Source: Candidatus Bathyarchaeota archaeon B26-2 (GTDB taxonomy: Archaea > Thermoproteota > Bathyarchaeia > Bathyarchaeales > B26-1). Taken from it: a DNA stretch of 64,000 nt. Within the stretch, counting starts at the first letter, position 1, and the number at the start of each line of letters is the position of its first letter. The notes beneath the pieces are model-generated. The model was not told the origin of the DNA, searched no databases, and saw only the letters and a list, made by a program, of their open reading frames with translations. The stretch is from NCBI GenBank assembly GCA_001593935.1, contig LUCE01000001.1, forward strand, positions 430 through 64,429, in the 5' to 3' direction. A program made the translations under genes and the position numbers. Of this stretch, positions 1 through 9,524 are shown piece after piece.

Positions 1-26
1 AGAGTTGTGGGGAAGGTGGATGGTTC

Positions 27-1058
27 ATGCCCATCGAGAAGGTTGGGTTCGAGGATTCTCTCAAGAGGCTCGTCGTCCCAGACTTGTGCGTAGGCTGCGG
101 TTCATGCGTGGCCTTCTGTCCCGTGAAGTGCCTAGAGTACTCCGACGGTCTACCTAGACTGGTGGGGAAGTGCACAGAGTGCGGGATATGTTTCCAAGTC
201 TGCCCAAGCTGCGGCCCCCCAACAGAGGAGCTCGAGAACCTCGTCTTTGGGAGAGAGAGGAAAATAGGCGAAGAGTTCGGCGTCCATCGGCGCGTCGTCG
301 TGGCGCAGACGACCGACGAGAGGATACGCGAAGTATGCCAAGACGGAGGCCTCGTTACGTCGCTCTTGATGAACGCCCTCGAGGAGGGCTTGATAGAGGG
401 GGCCGTTGTCTCATGCGTCAGCGACGAGGAGCCTCTAAAGCCCCTTCCGAGGCTCGTCACAACCGTGGACGAGGCTATAGAGTGCGCTGGAACGAGATAC
501 ACATACTCTCCCAACATATTAGCGGTTAGGGAAGCCTTGGATAAGAGGCTTAAGAGCCTAGCCTTCGTAGGGACCCCCTGCCAGATAAGGGCTCTCCGCA
601 GAATGGAGATGATCCCCCTAAAGAGATACGCCTCAGCCCTCAAACTCTTGGTAGGGCTCTTCTGCAGCGAGAGCTTCACATACGAAGGGTTCGTGATCGA
701 TGGGATCAAGCGTAAGCTGGGCTTAGACCCGAAAGACGTCAAGAAGGTGAATATCAAAGGCAAAATCTTGATCACAACGATGGAGGGCGAGGTTAGGACC
801 CTCTCGATCAAAGATGCTAAGAGGTATTCGTGGAACTGTGGCCACTGCAGGGACTTCTCTGCCGAGCTCGCGGATATCTCAGCCGGCGGGGTTGGCCTAC
901 AAGGCTGGACCTTAGCTATTATAAGAACTGAAAGGGGCGAAGAGGCGCTCAAAAGAGCTGAAGAGGCGGGCTTGATCAAGGTGAGGCCGGTTGAGGATGA
1001 ACCTAAAGCCTACAAGATTCTGGTCAACCTCTCTAAGAAGAAGCGCCTCCGAGGGTAG
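27..1058 (+). CDS. Coenzyme F420 hydrogenase/dehydrogenase beta-subunit family protein (FrhB/FdhB-like) with N-terminal 2x[4Fe-4S] ferredoxin domain
   Basis: 343-aa ORF. Two CxxCxxCxxxCP motifs (CVGCGSCVAFCP, CTECGICFQVCP) are followed by an FrhB-type core (GGLVTSLL, FVGTPCQIRALR). Confidence 0.75.
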   Translation: MPIEKVGFEDSLKRLVVPDLCVGCGSCVAFCPVKCLEYSDGLPRLVGKCTECGICFQVCPSCGPPTEELENLVFGRERKIGEEFGVHRRVVVAQTTDERIREVCQDGGLVTSLLMNALEEGLIEGAVVSCVSDEEPLKPLPRLVTTVDEAIECAGTRYTYSPNILAVREALDKRLKSLAFVGTPCQIRALRRMEMIPLKRYASALKLLVGLFCSESFTYEGFVIDGIKRKLGLDPKDVKKVNIKGKILITTMEGEVRTLSIKDAKRYSWNCGHCRDFSAELADISAGGVGLQGWTLAIIRTERGEEALKRAEEAGLIKVRPVEDEPKAYKILVNLSKKKRLRG

Positions 1059-1148
1059 ACGGAGGGGAGCTAATTTTAACTCATTTTTGGGTAGTAACTC
1101 TTAAATAATAAGTTTCCGTGAAGAACAGCAGCCTCTAAGGTGGTTCAG

Positions 1149-1754
1149 ATGAACACCAAAACCATAGCCATAGCCTCAGTGTTCGCAGCGTTCACCGTGA
1201 TCCTAAACTTGTCTCCCTTCAAGATACCGGCGCCATACGCTCCCTTCCTCATCTACCAGATATGGGAGATTCCGATAGTCTCCGTGTTCCTACTCTATGG
1301 ACCCTTAATGGGGATCGCCGTAGCCGTCATAAATACTCTCGTTCTACTCGCTGTTTTTCAGGGAGCGCTTCCTACGGGGCCGCTCTATAACCTTGCAGCC
1401 GTGCTCGCCATGTTATTCGGCATATACCTAGTACATCAGTTCGCGGGCACGCATTCTACCAGACGAGGGGAGAAGTTTTTAACAGTTCTCTCCACGGCGC
1501 TCGGGACCGTCTCAAGAGTGGGTATAATGACCCTTGTCAACTGGGCGTTCCTCAGGTATCCGCCTCCGCTCGGCTTCAGTTTGCCCGAGGAGGCTGTGAT
1601 CGCGGCACTCCCACTCATAGGACTGTTCAACGCTACCCTCGCCTTGTACACGATCCCTATAGGATACGTAATAGCGAAGAAGGTGAGTTCCAGCATAAAG
1701 ATCAGAATGTGGGAGCCCAAGGCCCAGATGGCGCGCCCCACTATAATCTCATAG
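1149..1754 (+). CDS. Polytopic membrane protein, ECF-transporter S-component-like (topology only)
   Basis: ATG at 1149 inside the ORF that opens at GTG 1140. About 6 hydrophobic helices and no soluble domain. Follows the FrhB-like gene on the same strand. Confidence 0.4.
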   Translation: MNTKTIAIASVFAAFTVILNLSPFKIPAPYAPFLIYQIWEIPIVSVFLLYGPLMGIAVAVINTLVLLAVFQGALPTGPLYNLAAVLAMLFGIYLVHQFAGTHSTRRGEKFLTVLSTALGTVSRVGIMTLVNWAFLRYPPPLGFSLPEEAVIAALPLIGLFNATLALYTIPIGYVIAKKVSSSIKIRMWEPKAQMARPTIIS

Positions 1755-1778
1755 GGCCAGATTTCATTCATTAGAGGT

Positions 1779-2744
1779 CTATAGGCCGATAGATTTTCTG
1801 AGCATCTCCGGATTTACGGCGCCAGCTGTGAACGTTCTGCCGGTCTTGAGGTTGTTGACAGTCACGGAGGCCGGTGCGAAGAGGTCTGGGTCTACCTTGT
1901 AGAAGTCGAGGTTAGCCTCCCTGAATATCTCGATGAAGGGTCTGCCGTACTCTCTGGAGGCCGACGAGACCGCTCTCGCCGTTAGCCTCTCAAGGGCCTC
2001 ATCGTCATCGCACGCCACGGTGTAGTAGGTTACGCCCCCATACAGTATAGCATCGTTCATCATCCCCATGGCTTCAACCGTATCGGGATGAACTGGCATC
2101 ACCGGCGCAAACCCACATGCGCTGACGAAGACCTTCGGGTCAAGCCCAAGTCTACTAAACCTGTGGATACCGGTCTCGACCACCCTACCCGAGACCTGTA
2201 CGAAACCGGCTATGGAGGACGTCGGGACGACCACAACTGAGAGAGCGTTCGGCTTGATCCCGCACTTCTCCGAGATGTACTCTATAACCTCTTCCGGAGG
2301 CTCCTCAGAGCTCTCAAGGACTATAACTGCTACGTCAGCCTCATCTCGATAAGATATCTCCTTATAGATCGACTTCGGTTTACGGGCTAGAGCTCTAGCC
2401 GGCCCAGAGCCTATAGCCGAGTATTCGCCCACCTTTATGCGCCACCCGGCGAACTGGGACCCTAAGGTTGCTATCGCAGGCTTATCTGTGTACACAGAGA
2501 CTGAGGGAAGGATTAGGTCCCCATACTGCTTCTGGGTGACCTCTACTCTTCCAAGGCCTCCGAGGCAGATCTCGGTGACGACCTTCCCGGCGAGGAGTCC
2601 TCCCTCAGCCTCGACTCCGAAGTCTATCACTCTGGCGCCCGACCTAGTCTCCTTGACTGTGGCGCCGTAGCTCTCCGGGTTCTCGCATACTTTCTCAACG
2701 ATCTTCCAAGCGTTTAGGTTTACACTTATCTTCTCAGCGTTCAC
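1779..2744 (-). CDS. mch: Methenyltetrahydromethanopterin cyclohydrolase
   Basis: 321 aa with full-length resemblance to Mch (EICLGGLG, GSGPARALA, ILYGG, FYKVDPDLFAPA, C-terminal SIGL). GTG start preceded by GGAGGAGG. Confidence 0.9.
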   Translation of the reverse strand: MNAEKISVNLNAWKIVEKVCENPESYGATVKETRSGARVIDFGVEAEGGLLAGKVVTEICLGGLGRVEVTQKQYGDLILPSVSVYTDKPAIATLGSQFAGWRIKVGEYSAIGSGPARALARKPKSIYKEISYRDEADVAVIVLESSEEPPEEVIEYISEKCGIKPNALSVVVVPTSSIAGFVQVSGRVVETGIHRFSRLGLDPKVFVSACGFAPVMPVHPDTVEAMGMMNDAILYGGVTYYTVACDDDEALERLTARAVSSASREYGRPFIEIFREANLDFYKVDPDLFAPASVTVNNLKTGRTFTAGAVNPEMLRKSIGL

Positions 2745-2777
2745 GAGGTTTCCTCCTCCATTCTGTTTTGGTTCGTT

Positions 2778-3608
2778 CTAGAGGTACTTCTCGTAGAAGG
2801 CGAGGTGGGGGTTTCTAGGCTTCGAGACGAAGAGTCTGCCTTTCCCGCCTTCGGCTACGTCGCCTATGAACCGGTAGAAGGGGCCCCTGATCTTCTCTCC
2901 GTCGACCTTCGCGTTCGACTTCAAGTCATCGATGGTGAACGTCGGTAGAACCGATGGGACATGGCCACATAGAATTATCTTCCCGTCGGTCATCTCCGCT
3001 CCAGCCCTGCCTCCGCAGTCTCCTCGGACGAGTATGGTTCCTCCAGCCATGTGAATCCCGACGAACTGGCCGACGTTCCCTTGAACCTTTATCAGTCCCC
3101 CTCTCATGAAGCATCCGACCTCGCTTCCGGCGTCTCCGTGTATAATTATGGTCCCACCATTCATACCGTCTCTACTGCCTCTGTAGGGGGCTCCGACGTA
3201 ATCTCCAGCCGAGCCCTCGACCTCAATCAGGCCTCCCTCCATCATGCACCCTACCCAAGACTCCGCGTTTCCGGTCACCTTTATGGTCCCACCCTTCATG
3301 CTCTCTCCTAAGTGCATGCCGACGTTACCCTCCACGACTATGCAGCCTCTACTCATCCCGGCGCCTATCCTCCGAACCTTAGTTAGGTCTCCGCTCAGCA
3401 TGATCGTTGGGCCGTCGCTGTCACTTGAAGGACTCTCCTCGACGAGTTCGATCTTGAAGAGGCCGCCTAAGCGTCTACGCTTATTTCCTTCCCATACCTC
3501 CAGCCTAGAGGCCTCCGCCTCTGAGAGGCCGTTGAGGTTGTCCGGACTTATGCATTCGGCATATACCGGAGCCTTAAACCGCCGTTTTGGGTGCAACTTT
3601 AGAATCAT
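2778..3608 (-). CDS. fwdC: Formylmethanofuran dehydrogenase subunit C
   Basis: 276 aa with the repeated G-rich beta-helix units typical of FwdC/GltB C-terminal domains (GNVGMHLGESMKGGTIKVTGNA, GGLIEVEGSAGDY, GGLIKVQGNVGQFVG, GGTILVRGDCG). ATG lies 6 nt after the fwdA stop and is preceded by GGAGG. Confidence 0.85.
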   Translation of the reverse strand: MILKLHPKRRFKAPVYAECISPDNLNGLSEAEASRLEVWEGNKRRRLGGLFKIELVEESPSSDSDGPTIMLSGDLTKVRRIGAGMSRGCIVVEGNVGMHLGESMKGGTIKVTGNAESWVGCMMEGGLIEVEGSAGDYVGAPYRGSRDGMNGGTIIIHGDAGSEVGCFMRGGLIKVQGNVGQFVGIHMAGGTILVRGDCGGRAGAEMTDGKIILCGHVPSVLPTFTIDDLKSNAKVDGEKIRGPFYRFIGDVAEGGKGRLFVSKPRNPHLAFYEKYL

Positions 3609-3614
3609 CTGTTC

Positions 3615-5306
3615 CTAGACCTCCGCCTCGGTCCTTAACGCGAGTGAACCCCTCAAGTAATCTCGGGGTATGATGTAGTTCTCGAACTCCACAGTCCAGT
3701 AATCTCGGAACCTCTTCTTCATGTCAGCCGTCACCTCGGCTGGAGACTTGAGGCCGACATCTACCCATAATGTTCTCCCCCAGACCGGTTTCACAACCTC
3801 CCCGTCCTTCACTACGACTTGGCCTCCTTTGATCGTGTAGGCGGCCTTCTCGAAGGCTCTCCTAACCTCTCTATAACTTCTCGAGGGGTCGACCCTTCTC
3901 GGGTCTATGTTGTATATGGAGATGTCGGCGTCCGCTCCAACCCCTAAATGCCCCTTGAACTCCAACCCTAAGGCCTTCGCCTGCCCCGCCCTCGTCACTA
4001 TGGCTATCTCTCTTAGGGTGTATTCTCTGTCGATGCTTGGGAGGAGAGACTTAGCCCTAGCCCGTTTATTTACCCTCTTGAGAATCCTCTCCCTAACCCT
4101 CCCGCTCATAAGCCAAGATATTATCCTCGGATAAGTCGTGAATGGAGCTCCGTTAGGATGATCGGTGGTGAGGTAGACCCTCCAAGGGTCGTCTATTAGC
4201 AACGCGAGTTCCAGACCGATCGACCACATAACAGCGTGGACGTAACTCTTACGTCTGTACCTGAACGGAACTATGCCTGAACCCGTCTCCGTCTCGACGT
4301 CGTGGTTGATCCACTTGTTCCCACTGATCTCGTAGAGGGTGTACTGCCACGGGCCGTCCGCAGTCATCGTGGTAGTGTCCGTGAAGACTATCTGCCCTAA
4401 GTCTAAGGTTACATGGCTGTGATGGTTCACATACTTTGCGATCTCCTCCGCTCCAGACCTCATGTCATGCCAGCCGGAACCCTTGAAGGCGCTGAAGAGA
4501 CAGTGCGTCACATGGATGCTCGGCTTTCCTCCTGTGCTTAGGTCCTCCACACACCTCATGGTCTCGATCGTGGTCACGTAGTTACCCGGCTGCCCCAGCC
4601 GGTTCGTGTGAACGTGGATCGTGTGAGGCAGATGTAGGACGCGGTTCACGGTGCAGAGACTCCTCACTATCTCCCGCGGCGTGATCCCGAAGTTTGGAAC
4701 AGGATCGTCCAAGTCCCGGACGTTTCTACCGAAACCCCAAGCCTCAACTCCGCCAGGGTTCACTATCTTTATCGCGTATCCCTTGGTAGATCGAATCATC
4801 CATGCGACGTGGGAGGCGCATTCTTCGATCGCGCCCTTCTGGATGTACTCTAAGACGAACCACCAGTCTCCCAAGAGCGGGAAAGTAACTTTATCGACCA
4901 TCGGGGTGTCGTTGAGCTCCTCGTGTGTGTGACGGGATTCGAGCGGCGGCATAGATGGGTTACAGATAGTCGTGTAACCCATCCGGGCGTAGCGGTATCC
5001 GGTCGTGAACGTCGACGGAACCGAGTGTCCGACGCCTGACCTAGTTAGAACAGTCTTGGACTCATAGTCTCTCCGGTGATCCTCAGGCCTTAGCAGCCGG
5101 CCTGCGTTCACCTCTGCACCCGCTATGTGGCAGTGGATGTCAACCCCTCCCGGCATAACGATCATGCCGGAGGCGTCTATAACCTTCGCCTTTCTCTCGT
5201 CGACCTTCTCGACTATCCTCCCGTCCTCAACGGCTATGTCCATGACTTCTCCGTCAACACCGTTCAACGGGTCGTAGACGATACCATTCCTTATCAGTAA
5301 GGCCAT
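3615..5306 (-). CDS. fwdA: Formylmethanofuran dehydrogenase subunit A (amidohydrolase superfamily)
   Basis: About 563 aa from ATG 5306 (MALLIRNGIVYDP...); the ORF extends to a TTG at 5333. PGGVDIHCHIAG metal-binding motif; length and architecture match FwdA. Confidence 0.85.
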   Translation of the reverse strand: MALLIRNGIVYDPLNGVDGEVMDIAVEDGRIVEKVDERKAKVIDASGMIVMPGGVDIHCHIAGAEVNAGRLLRPEDHRRDYESKTVLTRSGVGHSVPSTFTTGYRYARMGYTTICNPSMPPLESRHTHEELNDTPMVDKVTFPLLGDWWFVLEYIQKGAIEECASHVAWMIRSTKGYAIKIVNPGGVEAWGFGRNVRDLDDPVPNFGITPREIVRSLCTVNRVLHLPHTIHVHTNRLGQPGNYVTTIETMRCVEDLSTGGKPSIHVTHCLFSAFKGSGWHDMRSGAEEIAKYVNHHSHVTLDLGQIVFTDTTTMTADGPWQYTLYEISGNKWINHDVETETGSGIVPFRYRRKSYVHAVMWSIGLELALLIDDPWRVYLTTDHPNGAPFTTYPRIISWLMSGRVRERILKRVNKRARAKSLLPSIDREYTLREIAIVTRAGQAKALGLEFKGHLGVGADADISIYNIDPRRVDPSRSYREVRRAFEKAAYTIKGGQVVVKDGEVVKPVWGRTLWVDVGLKSPAEVTADMKKRFRDYWTVEFENYIIPRDYLRGSLALRTEAEV

Positions 5307-5488
5307 GCCTATACCGCCTTCACCGAAACTCAAGTGTCTTTCCTAGAATATCCTAACTTTCTCCCTTTAATCTTTTACAGAAATGTCCACACGTCTTGAC
5401 GGTCACGTGTTTTAAGACTTTCACCATCCGAGTTTAGGAAGAGGCTCTTCCGGGCCGCATCGAAACGGATGAAACCGCAGCATCCCCA

Positions 5489-7096
5489 TTAAGGAGCCTT
5501 AACATCGTCTAGGATGCGTTTCATATTCAACCCAAGAATCTTCCGCTTCGACTCTTCGCTGATCTTCGCGTATACGACCCATCCTAGCTGCGGGGCGATA
5601 TCTCTGAAGGCAGCGTCAGAGCCGAAGAGAACCCTATCATCACCCACTTCATCAACTAGATATTTGATCATGCCGTAAGTGATCGTGGTATACGTGATCT
5701 CTAAGAAGACGTTTCCGCATCTTTTAGCCAGCTCCACGTATCTTCTCGCTACGGGGTATCTAGAGCCGCTGTGCACCATCAGAAACTTGGCTTTCGGATA
5801 TTCTCGACTTAACTTCTCAACCATCTTAACCGGCTCCCGATGTTCGGGTAGATGATCGCAGTACCCCGGGGTGAGCACAGGCAACCTCAAACGGTCTGCG
5901 CACTCGAGGAGCCGCCTATACCTAGAACCGAAAAGGGGGTACTTATGCGCGGCAGGATAGGGCTTCACAACCTTCATACCCGACTTGTAGAAGCAGAACT
6001 GAATCTCTTCGTCGATGTCTTCGGGGTAATTGGGGTTGATGCATCCCGCGCCTATGAAGCGGTTGGGATACCTTCTCATAGCCTCGGCAACGATCTTGTT
6101 ACCGAGCTTGGAGTCGGAGTACAGGGAGGCTCCAGCACTGATAACCATCATATCGACTCCTAGGGCGTCCATAGCCTTGATTAGGCCTTCCGCGTCGCTG
6201 TTGGGGGCGAACTTTCCAGGGAAAGTCATCTCGTCTTCCCCGGATATGTGGCCGTGAGCATCGATTACCAGCACGTCAGAGAGGGGTCTTCCCTCCTCAA
6301 CCGTGGCTATGAGGTTGTCCGCGGGCTTCCAGTCCGGATAAGGCTTCAACTCTACGCCGCCGAGCAGCCGCTGGAGGTTCTCACTTGCGATCATCCGTTT
6401 CTCCTTGAGGTTGATGTCCGCGTAGAGAATGTGCATCTTTGCCGCCCCTGGATCCGCGTACGGGAGATCAGCGCTGTAGAGCATCCGGTCTGCTCCGAAC
6501 TCCTTGCAGACGAAGGCTATCACGTTGAATCCTTGGAAGTAGACCGTGTCTATGTAGAGGTTATCACATCTCTCTAAGGCGGGGAAGAGGAGTCTCTCTT
6601 CGCCGTGCCACTGCCGCGTCCGGACGACTTTAAGGTCTGGGTGTCGTTTACAGACCTCCAAGACCTCTCCGATGGTGGCCTCCGCGGCGTCTATGAATAC
6701 GGGAATCCCGTTCTTCTCCAGTTCGTCGAGGAGAGGTTTACAAGAATCTCCGCTCAGGCTGAACCGGTGCCTCTTTGGGAAGAGTCGGGCTGCCAGAACC
6801 TTCCTCTCGACCATAGAGGCTATGAGTTCCTTTGGTTCTTTCATCTCGCCCGTCTGGTGCGGCATCAGAACCCATGAGGGGAAGAGCCTCTCGCTCCCCT
6901 CAGTCTCCGTCATGAGCCTCTCGTTCCCTACGGCTGGGTTGTATTCGACGGCGAGCGCCTCGTATACTAGAGAGCCGACGATGTTATAGTACTTGAAGTC
7001 CTCAAGGAACTGTTCCTTTGAGTATATGGTCTCAGGCTCGCGGTAAGCCCTACGTCCAATCATCGAGTTGCAGTCAAAGAATCTAACTCCTTCCAT
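5489..7096 (-). CDS. Tandem amidohydrolase_2-like (TIM-barrel metal hydrolase) fusion protein
   Basis: 535 aa. The C-terminal half has VIDAHGH...LFGSDA, typical of PF04909-type hydrolases. The N-terminal half is alignable in pattern but begins FFDCNSMIG instead of HxH. Confidence 0.6.
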   Translation of the reverse strand: MEGVRFFDCNSMIGRRAYREPETIYSKEQFLEDFKYYNIVGSLVYEALAVEYNPAVGNERLMTETEGSERLFPSWVLMPHQTGEMKEPKELIASMVERKVLAARLFPKRHRFSLSGDSCKPLLDELEKNGIPVFIDAAEATIGEVLEVCKRHPDLKVVRTRQWHGEERLLFPALERCDNLYIDTVYFQGFNVIAFVCKEFGADRMLYSADLPYADPGAAKMHILYADINLKEKRMIASENLQRLLGGVELKPYPDWKPADNLIATVEEGRPLSDVLVIDAHGHISGEDEMTFPGKFAPNSDAEGLIKAMDALGVDMMVISAGASLYSDSKLGNKIVAEAMRRYPNRFIGAGCINPNYPEDIDEEIQFCFYKSGMKVVKPYPAAHKYPLFGSRYRRLLECADRLRLPVLTPGYCDHLPEHREPVKMVEKLSREYPKAKFLMVHSGSRYPVARRYVELAKRCGNVFLEITYTTITYGMIKYLVDEVGDDRVLFGSDAAFRDIAPQLGWVVYAKISEESKRKILGLNMKRILDDVKAP

Positions 7097-7177
7097 TCTC
7101 AGTTACTCTCCCCTTCTCGAAGTTCAGAGATAACAAGACCCCTTATGAGTTACCATTACCATAAATAGCACCGGTAT

Positions 7178-9139
7178 TTACCTTTTTCCAAGGGTCATCT
7201 CCACCCATACGGGGCTCGACCAAGCCATCTCGCCATCCTCTTGGGTCACTCTCACATAATAATAGTTAAGGCCAGGCCCAATCTCTCCATCTAGAAACTC
7301 GAACTGCAACTCAGAACCGTCTCCTCTCTTGACGAAGATCACCTTATTCGACCTGATTACCTCTGTCTTCTCGATGTTTGCTGTCCCGAGGACCCTCACC
7401 TTGATCTTGGGAGCCCGCTCCGTCGAGAACTCTTCACCCATGATGTGGCCGTCGACGGAGAACTCTAGGATTATCCTAGCGCCGGTCGTTGCGTAGCATC
7501 TCCTATTCCACAGAGAATCCCAGAGAGCCTCCCTTGTGAGCTCCTTCGCGTATATCGCTGTCAGCCCTCCGTGGTAGGCACGTCTACGTGAGAAGTTACC
7601 CATCTGGTCGCAGTAGCCCGGCTGCCCTGAATGGTTATCGCTTCCAGCTATTATCCCCAATCGGTATCCTCGCGCCAAGGCCTCCTGAACCGTGGTTCCC
7701 TCTGGGGGTTCTCTTTCCTCGTGGAGGTGATTCAAGCAGACTGGCCGTGGGTTACTGGGATACTCCGAGTTTCCCCATTCCGAGTATATCTCGACAAGGC
7801 GTTGAAAATGAGGGTCGTGGATATCCCAGTTAGTCCGCATCCTCTTATGGGTAGGGTGATGAGGAACAGTTAAGGCCTTTCGTCCCTTAAGTTTCTCCCA
7901 GAGCTCGCTGGGGGTTCTACTTCCCTCATCTATATATCTGAATATAGGCTGGTCGTCGGTTAGATAATATACGCATTTGTCTCCTCCGTGCCTTCTTTCC
8001 GAGTATTCGTATCCGCTGAATGTGACGAACCTTCCGGGCTCATAGAACCTCGCAGCAGCCTTCTTCGTGAGCTCCCACTCCTCGTCTGTGAGCATAGAGT
8101 CGTGATCCGTTACCGCCGCGAAATCTAGGTCCGCCACGTCTCTGGCGTATATGTAACACTCCTCCAAGGTTCCCAACCCGTCGGAGAGGCTGGTGTGAAC
8201 GTGCGGGTCGCCCCAGTAAATCCTGTAATCCGGCTTCGCTTCGGAGCAATCTATTGGGTTGCTTACGCCTTTCAGTCCGTTCTCCTCGTCGGTAAGGGTG
8301 ATCCTATGGACGCCAACTGAGCGGAGGGAAGCCGTGAACCTGAGGACGCCTCTATCCTTACTCTCCATGCGGACGGTTTCTGGAAGATGAGCTGAGGGGT
8401 CTGAACACTTAACCTCTAAAACTCCGCGGTATCCAGAGGCTACATTCTCATATTTATCCCTCGCAACAACTGTGACCTCGAACCGCTCACCCATGGAAAC
8501 CTTTGAAGGAACCGTCACGACGAGTTTCACAGCACGTTCAGGTAGAATCCTTATCTTTGGAGGGCTCTCGAGAGGGTAGTAGCCGCAGAGAGGCCCCCTA
8601 AGTTCTCCATCAGGGTCCACAGCTACCAGTATCTCTGCTTCCCTCGCGAGCGTACCCGTCACAACGCCTGGACTTCCTGAAGAGGTGTCACCCCAGAGCA
8701 CCCTGATCTCGTCGCCCTCCTTCAACGGATGCCCTTCGACCCTAATGTAAAGGGGTCGACCAGGCCAGAGAAACATCGGTCTTCCCTCTCGCAGGGTGCT
8801 CCACCCGTAATCTCTAGCGGGCGGGGTATATCGTTGAGAGCCTCCTTCAACGACGAGCCTAGTTTTGGGGTTTGAGGCTGTGACCCATACGTAGCCGGGT
8901 TCAGTGATCTCCCAGACGTCCCATTTCCCATCCATCGAGACGTCGGGGAAGTGTCTGATCCCTGAGAACCCGCCTAACGGTAGGACTATGACCAAGCCGC
9001 CGCCTACATCTAACCCTCTCTCGCCGACCTTATAGGTTATCGTCCAGCTCTCACATCGGCCAACTACAACCGCCCTGTCCGGATAGATCGACGCGACGCC
9101 GTAGAGACGCCTATTCAAACCAGGTTTCAAGCTAAACAC
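7178..9139 (-). CDS. DUF3604/PHP-like metal-dependent phosphoesterase with N-terminal beta-sandwich (Ig-like) domains
   Basis: 653 aa. YWGDPHVHTSLSDG ... AAVTDHD ... GSDNH motifs in the C-terminal 350 aa. The N-terminal 300 aa are beta-rich, and no signal peptide is evident. Confidence 0.6.
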   Translation of the reverse strand: MFSLKPGLNRRLYGVASIYPDRAVVVGRCESWTITYKVGERGLDVGGGLVIVLPLGGFSGIRHFPDVSMDGKWDVWEITEPGYVWVTASNPKTRLVVEGGSQRYTPPARDYGWSTLREGRPMFLWPGRPLYIRVEGHPLKEGDEIRVLWGDTSSGSPGVVTGTLAREAEILVAVDPDGELRGPLCGYYPLESPPKIRILPERAVKLVVTVPSKVSMGERFEVTVVARDKYENVASGYRGVLEVKCSDPSAHLPETVRMESKDRGVLRFTASLRSVGVHRITLTDEENGLKGVSNPIDCSEAKPDYRIYWGDPHVHTSLSDGLGTLEECYIYARDVADLDFAAVTDHDSMLTDEEWELTKKAAARFYEPGRFVTFSGYEYSERRHGGDKCVYYLTDDQPIFRYIDEGSRTPSELWEKLKGRKALTVPHHPTHKRMRTNWDIHDPHFQRLVEIYSEWGNSEYPSNPRPVCLNHLHEEREPPEGTTVQEALARGYRLGIIAGSDNHSGQPGYCDQMGNFSRRRAYHGGLTAIYAKELTREALWDSLWNRRCYATTGARIILEFSVDGHIMGEEFSTERAPKIKVRVLGTANIEKTEVIRSNKVIFVKRGDGSELQFEFLDGEIGPGLNYYYVRVTQEDGEMAWSSPVWVEMTLGKR

Positions 9140-9247
9140 CTCAGAACCATTCGGTAATTTTAGAGATAAGACTTTTCGTCATAGGAGAAAACTGGAACGG
9201 TCTTGGTAAACCATAGGAGGCGTCAACTCTGATTGGTCTTGGGTTAG

Positions 9248-9502
9248 TTATTTTAGTTCTGGTAGGAGCTTCTCGATGGCTTCACTTATCTGTTGCCATA
9301 ACGTCTTGTTTGAGATGACGAACTTCTGCCTCCTCTTCCAGACGCCGTTTTTGTTGTTCCATAGGTACGTCGCGATCTGTCTTCTTCCGAAAGCCTCGAG
9401 TAGAAGGACGGCTAACCACCACTTCTCGGTCTTGTAGATGGTTATGCCTTGGATAACCTTCAGTATCTCCGAGACGGGAAACTTCTCCTCGGCCAACCTC
9501 AC
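9248..9502 (-). CDS. Small hypothetical protein (84 aa, Trp/Lys/Arg-rich)
   Basis: Clean ORF in its own intergenic slot between two minus-strand genes, with protein-like composition. No recognised family. Confidence 0.35.
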   Translation of the reverse strand: MRLAEEKFPVSEILKVIQGITIYKTEKWWLAVLLLEAFGRRQIATYLWNNKNGVWKRRQKFVISNKTLWQQISEAIEKLLPELK

Positions 9503-9524
9503 TCACACTCCAGCCCGCAGCCTT

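Noticed and set aside
170-529. 119-aa Arg-rich ORF on the + strand inside the FrhB-like gene.
   Set aside because: It is an alternate frame of a well-supported gene. The extreme Arg/Pro composition is typical of shadow ORFs in GC-rich coding DNA. The same reasoning applies to most 60-170-aa track ORFs nested in larger genes (for example 12016-12534, 25347-25808, 41582-41992, 58341-58796).
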